Shown piece by piece: positions 36,409 to 45,023 of a stretch of 64,000 nt of DNA. Both the position numbers and the translations under genes were made by a program. The notes under the pieces were generated by a model that was not told the origin of the DNA, did no database searches, and was given only the letters and a program-made list of their open reading frames with translations. Positions within the stretch are counted from its first letter, which is position 1. Each line of letters starts with the position of its first letter. The stretch is taken from positions 13,749 to 77,748 of the forward strand of contig JAZKYV010000040.1 in assembly GCA_045612345.1 (NCBI GenBank). Reading direction: 5' to 3'. The DNA is from Bacteroidales bacterium (lineage in GTDB: Bacteria > Bacteroidota > Bacteroidia > Bacteroidales > F082).

Positions 36409-37002
36409 TTAATCTGAAGTCCGAGGTCCGAAGTCTGTAGTCCTTCTTTCCACTAACTCGCAAATAATATGTCCTATCATAATGTGGCTTTCTTGTATGC
36501 GTGGGGTGTCGGTGGAAGGAACGTTAAGTAATATTCCGCCGAAGTCTTTCATCATTCCACCCGTTGCTCCGGTGAGCGAGATGATGTTGACGCCGAGTTC
36601 TTCACATGTTTTATAAGCTTCTATTATGTTACGGCTGTTACCGCTTGTCGATATTCCAACGAGCACGTCGCCTTTTTTTGCTGACGCTCTCATGATTCTG
36701 CTATAAACCATGTCGTAGCCGTAGTCGTTGCTGACGGCTGTCATGTAAGAAGAGTTGCAATGCAGGGCTTCTGCGTTGAGCGGATCGCGATCCAGATAAA
36801 AGCGGCCGCTGAGTTCCGCAGCGAGATGCTGTGCGTCGGCAGCGCTGCCGCCATTGCCGCAGAAATGAATCTTGCCGCCATTACGCAGACTCTCTACGAT
36901 GAGATTGACAGCGTCTTCAATAGACTGCATCAGTTTCTCATCAGATAAGATTTTGCTTTTTACCTCAATGCTTTGCTCTATGGACTCTTTTATTCTGTTC
37001 AT
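36409..37002 (-). CDS. gmhA: D-sedoheptulose-7-phosphate isomerase (SIS domain)
   Basis: 197 aa, collinear with E. coli GmhA (FCGNGGSAADAQHLAAEL, GISTSGNS, RIQESHI). The last ~12 codons (RRTTDFGPRTSD) are encoded by the heptad array. Confidence 0.85.
   Translation of the reverse strand: MNRIKESIEQSIEVKSKILSDEKLMQSIEDAVNLIVESLRNGGKIHFCGNGGSAADAQHLAAELSGRFYLDRDPLNAEALHCNSSYMTAVSNDYGYDMVYSRIMRASAKKGDVLVGISTSGNSRNIIEAYKTCEELGVNIISLTGATGGMMKDFGGILLNVPSTDTPRIQESHIMIGHIICELVERRTTDFGPRTSD
36416..36443. repeat. Heptad array (GRAGTCY/GTAGTCC)x4
   Basis: gaagtcc gaggtcc gaagtct gtagtcc. It lies inside the 3' end of gmhA. Confidence 0.88.
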
Positions 37003-37157
37003 GACTTTATGATTTGCTTATTGCAAAGTTACCTATAATTTATTGAAATGAGAGGTTTTTTTCAGGATTTTTTTATTCATAATATATCTGAAGACGCATC
37101 AACATTTTTTGATTTTTTAGGTATTGTTGATACGTCTCTACAAAATCCTTTTTTGTG

Positions 37158-37165
37158 TATATTTG
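37158..37165 (+). promoter_or_regulatory. Bacteroidota -7 promoter motif TAnnTTTG (TATATTTG)
   Basis: Exact match, 33 nt upstream of the ATG at 37198. Confidence 0.5.
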
Positions 37166-37197
37166 CACAAATTGAAAACAATCAAATTTTTATCAAT

Positions 37198-39357
37198 ATG
37201 AAAAAACTCCTTTTATCATTATTTATCGTGATGTCGGTTTTTATGAATGTAAGAGCCGATGAGGGAATGTGGATTCCAATGTTGTTGCAAAACAACGAAC
37301 AAGAGATGCAGGAGATGGGTATGAACATCACCGTTGAAGACATCTATTCAATCAACAATAGCAGTATGAAAGACGCTGTCGTCTTGTTCGGCGGCGGATG
37401 TACAGGCGAAATCGTAAGTAACCAAGGTCTTCTCTTCACTAACCATCACTGCGGCTTCGACTGGATTCAATATCACAGCACAGTGGAACACGACTATCTC
37501 ACCGATGGTTTCTGGGCTATGAGCTTCGAAGAAGAACTTCCATGTCCTGGCTTGACAGCTGTCATGTTAAAGAAAATGGAAGACGTTACAGACAGAGTTC
37601 TCGAAGGTGTTGAAAAAAGCACAACAGTAGAAGAAAGAGCTGAGATTATTGCAAATAACATCGCAAGAATAAAAGAAGAAACAGCTGCAACTACAGATTA
37701 CGAACTTGAGATAAAGTCTTTCTATCACGGAAATCAATATTATATGATCTATAATGAGGTGTTCAAAGACGTCCGTATGGTTGGTACACCTCCTTCAAAC
37801 ATCGGCAAGTTCGGCGGCGACACCGACAACTGGGTATGGCCTCGTCACACTGGCGACTTCTCAATCTTCCGTATCTATGTGTCACCAGAAGGCAAAGCCG
37901 TTGAATATAGCGAAGACAACGTTCCTTACAAACCAGCTTATCATTTCCCAATCTCATTGAAAGGCGTTGAAGAAGGCGACTTCACATTCGTATTCGGCTA
38001 TCCAGCTCGCACTAACGAATATCTCCCTTCAGTGGCTGTCGACCAAGAAGCTAACGTCATCTATCCTGTCAGCGTTGACCTCCGCGGCAAGATCCTCGAC
38101 ATCTACAACAAACATCAAGAAAAAGATCCTAAAGTTAGAATCCAATATGCTTCAAAACATGCACACCTCGGCAATGGCTGGAAAAAATGGATGGGCGTGA
38201 TAGAAGGTATCAACAACTTCAAAGGCGTTGAAAAGAAATATGCTTTCGACAAGGCATTTACAAAATGGGCTAACTATAGCCGTTCAAGAGGCGCTTACCT
38301 CGAACTTATCAAAGATTTCGAAAGAGTTTATGCTGAATACGAACCATATCGTTTGGCAACAACATATCTCTCAGAGACAGCTCTTAAAATTGAAGTCGTG
38401 ACATTTGCTGCTAACTTCAACAAACTCGCTCAAGTGACAAAAGACACTCCTCAAGAAGAAATCGACGCTCTCATCGCTGCAGCAAGAGAAGAAGCTAAGG
38501 TGTTCTTCAAGGATTATTATCAGCCAATAGATAGAGAAGTAGCTGCTATGGTGCTTCAAGAATATATCGACAACCAGCCAGCTGACTTCCGTCCAGAGCT
38601 TCTCAACACTATCGTTGAAAAATATGCTGACGTTCAGGCTTACGTCGATGAGTTGTTCGCTAAGACAATGTTCGCTTCAGAAGAAAACGTCAATAAGTTG
38701 TTAGACGAATTCAAGGCTTCAAAGGCAAAGAAAATCGCTAAAGACCCAGCTCTTATGGCATATAACAACGTTATGGATTTCTACTTAGGAAACGTAAGAC
38801 CAAAAGTAGCTGAGATAAGCGGTCAGATAAGCGAATTGCAAAGAATATTCATGCGCGGACAAATGGAGTTCCATGCAGAACAGAATCCTGATAAGATGAT
38901 GTATCCTGACGCTAACTTCTCATTACGCGTTACATACGGTAAAGTAGGTGGTTTCTCACCAAGAGACGCTGTTCGTTATAAACATTACACAACATTAGAC
39001 GGTATCATGCAAAAGGAAAATCCTGCAATCTATGACTATGTTGTTACAGACCGTTTACGCGAGCTTTACGAAACAAAAGACTATGGTCGTTATGCAGATA
39101 AGGACGGCAGCATGCACGTTGCTTTCATCGCTGGCAACCACACAACAGGCGGCAACTCAGGCAGTCCTATCTTAAACGCTGACGGTCACCTCCTCGGTCT
39201 CAACTTCGACCGTACATGGGAAGGAACAATGAGCGACTTGATCTACGATCCATCAATCTGTAAGAATATTTCAGTCGACGTTCGTTATGTCTTATTCATC
39301 ATCGACAAATACGCTGGCGCAACAAGATTGATCGACGAAATGACAATTGTTGAGTGA
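37198..39357 (+). CDS. S46-family dipeptidyl-peptidase (DPP7/DPP11-like)
   Basis: Signal peptide, then ADEGMWIP (the canonical S46 N-terminus). Catalytic-triad contexts are TNHHCG, the D region, and TTGGNSGSPILN. The start is taken at MKKLLLSL. Confidence 0.87.
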   Translation: MKKLLLSLFIVMSVFMNVRADEGMWIPMLLQNNEQEMQEMGMNITVEDIYSINNSSMKDAVVLFGGGCTGEIVSNQGLLFTNHHCGFDWIQYHSTVEHDYLTDGFWAMSFEEELPCPGLTAVMLKKMEDVTDRVLEGVEKSTTVEERAEIIANNIARIKEETAATTDYELEIKSFYHGNQYYMIYNEVFKDVRMVGTPPSNIGKFGGDTDNWVWPRHTGDFSIFRIYVSPEGKAVEYSEDNVPYKPAYHFPISLKGVEEGDFTFVFGYPARTNEYLPSVAVDQEANVIYPVSVDLRGKILDIYNKHQEKDPKVRIQYASKHAHLGNGWKKWMGVIEGINNFKGVEKKYAFDKAFTKWANYSRSRGAYLELIKDFERVYAEYEPYRLATTYLSETALKIEVVTFAANFNKLAQVTKDTPQEEIDALIAAAREEAKVFFKDYYQPIDREVAAMVLQEYIDNQPADFRPELLNTIVEKYADVQAYVDELFAKTMFASEENVNKLLDEFKASKAKKIAKDPALMAYNNVMDFYLGNVRPKVAEISGQISELQRIFMRGQMEFHAEQNPDKMMYPDANFSLRVTYGKVGGFSPRDAVRYKHYTTLDGIMQKENPAIYDYVVTDRLRELYETKDYGRYADKDGSMHVAFIAGNHTTGGNSGSPILNADGHLLGLNFDRTWEGTMSDLIYDPSICKNISVDVRYVLFIIDKYAGATRLIDEMTIVE

Positions 39358-39365
39358 TTTTGTAG

Positions 39366-39405
39366 AATCTCAGAAATTCAAAAATTCAAAACCTCAGAAT
39401 TTCGG
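39366..39405. repeat. Solo octad array (YTCARAAW)x4
   Basis: aatctcagaa attcaaaa attcaaaa cctcagaa tttcgg. It begins 9 nt after the S46 peptidase stop. Confidence 0.8.
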
Positions 39406-39465
39406 TATAATTGCCAAAAATGGTTGGTGAAATTCTTGTAAAACAATGTATATCAATTTAATTAA

Positions 39466-39506
39466 GTAACTTTGATGAAAACAGTTTTCATCAAAGTTAT
39501 TTTTTA
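39466..39506 (+). terminator. Rho-independent terminator
   Basis: Perfect 15-bp stem AACTTTGATGAAAAC / GTTTTCATCAAAGTT followed by ATTTTTT. Confidence 0.7.
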
Positions 39507-39658
39507 TGTCAAAATTATAGCCCTGTAAGGGCGACAGATTATAGGCAGGTATGGAGAACGAAGTTCGGAATGCTTGTAAAGAATTGTTGTATGATAATCC
39601 CAAAGTGCCGTAGGTACGACAGAAGGACAAATAGCGCCAATAATATCTTTTTCATAGT

Positions 39659-40432
39659 TTATTTATTTGGAGTTGTATAATAGAAAGAATGGTATATTTC
39701 TTTGTCTTTATATATTACACGTTTAGACGGATAGCCATCTTCATCTATCTCAATCCCATAAGCTTCATTTTGGGGTATATTTTTCCAAAACGGAGTTAAA
39801 AGCGGATCTCTTATTTCGAATGCAATTTCACTAGATAAATAGAATGGGAGTGTGTAATGCGGATGTATATAATCAGAAAATTCCTCATATATGCGATTTC
39901 CCCATTTTATAACATTATCTCCATCCCATTCAAATGTATCTTGAACAAAACCATTGGAGTTTATTCTTTTTACCAATTTTCCATCATCATTGTAAACATA
40001 TTCTTCAATATTAAGCAATTCTCCATATCCATATCCATATATTTTTTTAATTCCGTTATCAGTTAAATGAATTGTCATTTTATCATAAAACAACTCCCAT
40101 ATCGGATAGCTAAAAAAACCATCATAAGGCACGATAGACAATGCTACGACTATGCTATCTTCATTGTAGTAAGTAAAATCATAATTGACATAATCTCCAT
40201 TACCGGTACCATACTTCACATTTTTTATCTGAGAGCAGTCTTCATTCCAGTCAATTGAAAGTATTACTTTTTCAGGATCGTCATTCAATAATTGTTTGGT
40301 AAGATACTTTCTTACCAAAGGTGTTTCGGGCAATGTGTCATTATTGTCGTCTTCGCCGCCTATCGGGTCCGGCTTACATGCTATCATCAAGACTGATAAC
40401 AAGAGAATCAAAGGGAATAATGTTTTTTTCAT
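39659..40432 (-). CDS. Hypothetical lipoprotein (last gene of the SusC/SusD/PNGase string)
   Basis: 257 aa with a lipoprotein signal (SVLMIAC), rich in Y/D/N/G beta-type repeats. No family recognised. Confidence 0.5.
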   Translation of the reverse strand: MKKTLFPLILLLSVLMIACKPDPIGGEDDNNDTLPETPLVRKYLTKQLLNDDPEKVILSIDWNEDCSQIKNVKYGTGNGDYVNYDFTYYNEDSIVVALSIVPYDGFFSYPIWELFYDKMTIHLTDNGIKKIYGYGYGELLNIEEYVYNDDGKLVKRINSNGFVQDTFEWDGDNVIKWGNRIYEEFSDYIHPHYTLPFYLSSEIAFEIRDPLLTPFWKNIPQNEAYGIEIDEDGYPSKRVIYKDKEIYHSFYYTTPNK

Positions 40433-40470
40433 AGTTTATTTTTTTAAAAGTCAACAAGATAATGGTGCCT

Positions 40471-40509
40471 GAGCCTGTCGAAGACACGACTCGGCGCTTC
40501 GACAAGCTC
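40471..40509. repeat. GC-rich REP-like palindrome
   Basis: GAGCCTGTCGAAG (40471-40483) / CTTCGACAAGCTC (40497-40509), a 13-bp stem with one mismatch and a 13-nt loop. It is followed by agttcaaagttcaac words (40522-40539). Confidence 0.75.
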
Positions 40510-40650
40510 AGCGACCAACTTAGTTCAAAGTTCAACAGCTTTAATTTTTATTGCAAATGTACGTTATGAAAAAAACAATGTCAAGTGGAAAATAATCAAC
40601 CAAAATGAGTTAATTTATTGATAATGTGTTGTAGGGTGTGTTTTGCTAAA

Positions 40651-40683
40651 TAAAAAAACCGTCACTTCGTATGAAGCAACGGC
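40651..40683 (-). terminator. Rho-independent terminator (minus strand)
   Basis: The minus strand reads CCGTTGCTTC-ata-CGAAGTGACGG followed by T7, downstream of the PNGase F paralog. Confidence 0.65.
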
Positions 40684-40686
40684 TTT

Positions 40687-40732
40687 AATTATGAATTATG
40701 CATTAAGCATTATGAATTATCTAATGATTATC
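40687..40732. repeat. Heptad array (ATTATGM/ATTAAGC)x5-6 overlapping a stop codon
   Basis: aattatg aattatg cattaag cattatg aattatc taatgat tatc. It contains the stop (40717-40719) and the last codons of the PNGase F paralog. Confidence 0.75.
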
Positions 40733-43266
40733 TTCTTAGTCTGCATTGTGTTTCCTAAGACCTTGACGAAGTAGACTCCGCTTGAGAGGTCTGAAACGTC
40801 GATGCTTCTGCTTCCATCGAATGTGAATCTTCTTACTTCCTGACCTTGAGCATTTATGATGAGTACGCTTAACTTGCCGTGTTCATAATCTGAAGAGAAG
40901 TTAAGAGTTGACTTTGCTGGGTTAGGGAAGATGTCAACGTTGAATGTTTCTTTTTCAACTAAAGCAGGAACGTCTGTTAAGATCTCGATAGTGTTACTTA
41001 AAGAAACGACTTTGCCTGATACTCTTAAGACAGGATTGTCAGGAGCGTCGCATTTTTCACATGTATAACCGTCAACGCAGTTAGGGTGGTTTGGATGACA
41101 TTCATCGACGTATGATGGGTCGAATTCGTAGAATAAGTCAGCATAACCGGTTGTGATATATTCTGTCAAGTCGAAGTCCCAAACCATAGCGATGCTACCT
41201 GGGCACCATCCTGAACGGTTGTAAGTCCAAGTACCTGCTTGTGGCTGGCAGCCTGCTGGGTTAGGATTACATGTTCTCCATAAGTGTTGTTCGTAAGCTT
41301 TCTCGCCGTTGATGTTGATGTTATGAGTTGCATCGTAGAACTCAGCAGCATTGCCTGTATTGTGTGTGCCGTTTGCGCCGCTGCTCCAGTTGTGACCTGT
41401 TGTAGTGAGTTTCAATCTTGCAGCTTCTGTATTAGGTGTGAAGAAGTATTTTACCTTTGGAACAGGTTGTTGGTTCTTATAGTCACCGAATGAGAAGATG
41501 TCGAACCATAATTCTTCAACGTTAGCGTAGTCATATTCAGGAGTTCCTTTAGTCATGTTGAATGTAAGAGTTGGGCAGTAGCCTTCGCCATTCCATGATT
41601 CGAAATAGAGTTCGAATTCAACGAGACCTTGGAGTACAGATGTATAGTCAGTTACGTCAACGTTGTCTTCGCATTCACCGCCGAATGGAGTTGTGTAACG
41701 GAAGAGTTCCATCCATTCACCACGGTAGTTTCTTACCTTAACGCCACCAACGCGGTCGTAGTCGTCGCATTTGCTGTTGATACAGTTGTGGTCGTAGTGA
41801 GCGTTGATCTTATTGAAAGCGCCTACGTGTGTTGGCATTACGTAATTGCCTTTTGCAGAGTGGATCTGAGGAGTACATTTAAGGTCACCGTCGAAAGTAA
41901 CGACGTCGAGGTCTTCATATTCGTTTGTGATGGTGAATGTAGAAGACTTTTCTGTTACGTTGCCACCTGTTGTTGTGACAGCTACTGTCATATTATGTTC
42001 ACCGTATGATGAAGGTGTCCAGTAGCAATAGTAATAACCGTTTTCTGGGTCGTTAGGATATATTGTTGCCAAAGCCATTGCTTCGCCGTTGATTGTACAT
42101 GTTACTTCTTCGAAGTGAAGAGCGTCGGCATGTTCAACTTGGAGGCTTGTGCTTATTACGATAGCCTTTAATTCTGGAAGATAAACTGTTGTCTCGTTAT
42201 AAGGACGACGGATTGTGATGTCTGTTGGGTAGGCTGTGTGGTCGATAACTTCGAAAGTCTTCACTACGTCAGGAGCTGCGAGCCATTCATCGTTACCGGC
42301 TTGAGTAGCTTTGACAGAAACCTTGCCAGTCTCGCCTGTGAGAGTAAGGATGTTGCCGTCTAATGTAGCAGGACCACTGATGAGTTCGAAAGAAACAGGA
42401 AGACCTGATGTTGTTGTAGCTTCCAATGTATAAGGAGGGTTTATTGTCAGCTGTTTTGGGATATCAGGCATATTGATATATTGCATATTGCCTTCTGGCA
42501 TCTGGCGTACCAAGAAGTTGTCGAACCCGCCTGTACCGCCTTGGCAGTGATAGAAGACAGCGTCCCATACTTTATAGTCGCGTCTGTCGCCAGAACCTGG
42601 AGTCATGCCCATATTGAGTTCTGTAGCGTCTGCGAGCTGTTGCCATTCGCTCCAGTTTGTGCCGTCGAAGTCTTTAACGAAGACTGTCAAAGAACCTTCG
42701 CCGTCGTAAGCTGAGAAGTCGAAAGACATTTTATATCTTGCCCATCCTTCTTGTCTGTAGTTTTTAACAACGATATCTTTACCGTTAGGAAGTACGATGT
42801 TAGGATGTTTGTCGTTGCCAGAACCAGCTACGCGGAGATAAACGCCGCCGTCGCCGTCTGTCATGCCTTGAAGAACGTGGCCGTCGCCGTCAGCGTCGAA
42901 GCCAACGCCAGCGTAGTTGCCCCACCATGCTGAGTAGAGGTCGAATTCAAGGTCGATGATGCCGCCGTTCTTGAAGTTGAAGGCGAAGTTTTCTGAAGCT
43001 TTACGTGTTGCTGTTCTACCAACACCAGCGCCGCCGTAAGGATAGAAAACTGCTACTGATTCGTCTGGTGACAATAAACCGTCAGCGGTATAGTCGACGT
43101 CGAAGTCTTGTGATGTACCTGCTGTCTGGTAATGTGTAACCCAATTGTCTTGTCCGTTAAGACATTGTGTTCCTTGTTTATAATCATTGAAATCGATGAT
43201 GTATTCTTCTTGCGCGAAAGCTGTCAAGCACAACATCAAGGAAAGTGTCAAAAATAATTTTTTCAT
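40717..43266 (-). CDS. PNGase F-family peptide-N-glycosidase, long form with T9SS CTD (paralog 2)
   Basis: 849 aa, collinear with 30116-32710, with the same PNGase F motifs (CDDYDRV, GEWMELFRYTTPF, DVTDYTSVLQG, GTPEYDY, AAEFYDATHNININ, NRSGWCPG). The T9SS tail reads IFPNPAKSTL...GVYFVKV...KIIIR. Confidence 0.82.
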   Translation of the reverse strand: MKKLFLTLSLMLCLTAFAQEEYIIDFNDYKQGTQCLNGQDNWVTHYQTAGTSQDFDVDYTADGLLSPDESVAVFYPYGGAGVGRTATRKASENFAFNFKNGGIIDLEFDLYSAWWGNYAGVGFDADGDGHVLQGMTDGDGGVYLRVAGSGNDKHPNIVLPNGKDIVVKNYRQEGWARYKMSFDFSAYDGEGSLTVFVKDFDGTNWSEWQQLADATELNMGMTPGSGDRRDYKVWDAVFYHCQGGTGGFDNFLVRQMPEGNMQYINMPDIPKQLTINPPYTLEATTTSGLPVSFELISGPATLDGNILTLTGETGKVSVKATQAGNDEWLAAPDVVKTFEVIDHTAYPTDITIRRPYNETTVYLPELKAIVISTSLQVEHADALHFEEVTCTINGEAMALATIYPNDPENGYYYCYWTPSSYGEHNMTVAVTTTGGNVTEKSSTFTITNEYEDLDVVTFDGDLKCTPQIHSAKGNYVMPTHVGAFNKINAHYDHNCINSKCDDYDRVGGVKVRNYRGEWMELFRYTTPFGGECEDNVDVTDYTSVLQGLVEFELYFESWNGEGYCPTLTFNMTKGTPEYDYANVEELWFDIFSFGDYKNQQPVPKVKYFFTPNTEAARLKLTTTGHNWSSGANGTHNTGNAAEFYDATHNININGEKAYEQHLWRTCNPNPAGCQPQAGTWTYNRSGWCPGSIAMVWDFDLTEYITTGYADLFYEFDPSYVDECHPNHPNCVDGYTCEKCDAPDNPVLRVSGKVVSLSNTIEILTDVPALVEKETFNVDIFPNPAKSTLNFSSDYEHGKLSVLIINAQGQEVRRFTFDGSRSIDVSDLSSGVYFVKVLGNTMQTKKIIIR

Positions 43267-43290
43267 ATAAGTATAAAATTTAATAAGTTA

Positions 43291-45018
43291 TTAATCTTGC
43301 ATCCACCAAACTTTGATTTCTCTTGTGTCACCACCCATCTTCGCGACTTGTTCTTGATAGTTTTCAGAGTTGTAAGTGACTTCTGATTGTGGATAAGGCA
43401 ATCTGTTTGTTACAAGTTTCTTATGGTCTATTGTAGTAGGTGTTGAAGCGTTGGCGCCTTTAGTACGACGAGCGAGGTTCCATGCTTCGTTAGCTTGACG
43501 GAAGAGATCTAACCAACGTTGTTGATAGATTACCTCTAAGTAAGCTTCTTCGTTATATGCGAATTCTGTGTTGTAGTAAATCATCTCGTTCATGATATTT
43601 GATGCATAAGCAGAAGAGATTGAGTACAAGTCGCCGTTATCCAATATTGTCTGTAAGTCTTTGTAGATGTATTTATATGTAGCGTCAGTGCCATAGATAG
43701 GAAGTTGTAACCAGAAGTTGAAAGAGTATTCGATACCTTTTCTGAGGTGTTCTTCTGTTGCCATTCCGAGGCCGCCTGGTGTTATGCCTCTTGCTGTCAA
43801 TTCAGCTTTGATGAAGCTTACTTCAGCTGGGCTTATCATCATTTGTGGTACGAAGACGTGGTCGCGGACGAGGTAGAAGTTGAATGGAGAATAGAGGCAA
43901 GCAGGGCCTTTGAAAGCGTAGTTCTTATCTCTTGTTGAAGAGTAAGGTGTACCGCCTTCTGTTGGTGTGCTGGCGTCTCTCATCTGAGGGAATGCTCTCC
44001 ATGCGCCTTCTGGATATTCAGCAGTCTTGTTGTTTGTGTCGAAGAAGATGTAGACTCTTGGGTCGAAGATTGTATTGTCAGGAGTGCCATTTGTTTTTGA
44101 CATCTGTGCGAATACTGTCTCACCCATTCTTAAGTTTTTATGTTCACGGAAAGCCCATCCTTCATCGCCGAATGTGTTGCCTAAATATTGTGGCCATAAT
44201 GCGAATGCGCCGTTGCCGCTGTAATAATAGTCATCAACGACAGGCTTGTTGATAGCTTCTTTCAAGATAGGGCCAGCGAATTCTGTGTCTTTGTCATACA
44301 TTCTCAATCCGTGACGTAAGATCAATGAGTTGGCAATCTTAGCCCATTTGTAATAGTCGTTGTGATACATCACGTCGTATGAACCTAAAGAATAATAAGT
44401 GTTGCCTAAAGATGTCTGGGCTTTTCCGTTGCTTAAGACGTTTCTTGCCCATACGAGTTCTTCCAATAATGTCTTGTAGATAGACTCTTGGCTATCGTAT
44501 TTTGGTTTTCTGTTTTCTACTGTGTTATACCAGATGTAACCGGCTTCTGAGTAAGGGATGTCGCCGAACATATCTGTGACTTTGAAAGTCTTGAAAGCCT
44601 CGACTACTATGAGCTGAGCTCTTACCTTATCATCGATTTCGTTATCTTGTGATGACTCGCACATCTCGTCTAAACGTCTGTCTATGTCGTGGATGTTAGC
44701 GAGAGCGAGGTAGTAGTTGTTCCAAACAGCGTCGACACCGATGTTGGTGTTACCCCATGCTTCTGATGTCAAAGCACCGAGTTCTGACTCAGGGTAGAAC
44801 AATTCGTTCCATAAGTAGAACTGTTCGTTGCCGTTCCAAGTGAGGCTGCTGATGACGCCGTTGAAGAGAGGGCCTATATCGGTACCTGTTGGGCTCATTG
44901 GGTTTTTATTCATTTCCTCGAAGCCTTTGGTACATGAACCGAAAGCGAGAGCTATGACAGCTGTTGAGGCCAATAATATATTTTTGATATTCTTTTTCAT
45001 ATTTCTTTTCTCCTTCAT
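43291..45018 (-). CDS. SusD/RagB-family nutrient-binding outer-membrane lipoprotein
   Basis: 575 aa with a lipoprotein signal (ALAFGSC). It lies immediately downstream of the SusC-like gene and has helical TPR-like composition. The start could be the second Met (45000). Confidence 0.78.
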   Translation of the reverse strand: MKEKRNMKKNIKNILLASTAVIALAFGSCTKGFEEMNKNPMSPTGTDIGPLFNGVISSLTWNGNEQFYLWNELFYPESELGALTSEAWGNTNIGVDAVWNNYYLALANIHDIDRRLDEMCESSQDNEIDDKVRAQLIVVEAFKTFKVTDMFGDIPYSEAGYIWYNTVENRKPKYDSQESIYKTLLEELVWARNVLSNGKAQTSLGNTYYSLGSYDVMYHNDYYKWAKIANSLILRHGLRMYDKDTEFAGPILKEAINKPVVDDYYYSGNGAFALWPQYLGNTFGDEGWAFREHKNLRMGETVFAQMSKTNGTPDNTIFDPRVYIFFDTNNKTAEYPEGAWRAFPQMRDASTPTEGGTPYSSTRDKNYAFKGPACLYSPFNFYLVRDHVFVPQMMISPAEVSFIKAELTARGITPGGLGMATEEHLRKGIEYSFNFWLQLPIYGTDATYKYIYKDLQTILDNGDLYSISSAYASNIMNEMIYYNTEFAYNEEAYLEVIYQQRWLDLFRQANEAWNLARRTKGANASTPTTIDHKKLVTNRLPYPQSEVTYNSENYQEQVAKMGGDTREIKVWWMQD

Positions 45019-45023
45019 TTTAA

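Noticed and set aside
39394-39630. 78-aa minus-strand ORF in the convergent spacer
   Set aside because: It spans a terminator hairpin, has no recognisable domain, and has odd composition. The region is kept only as a possible RNA or relic in the findings.
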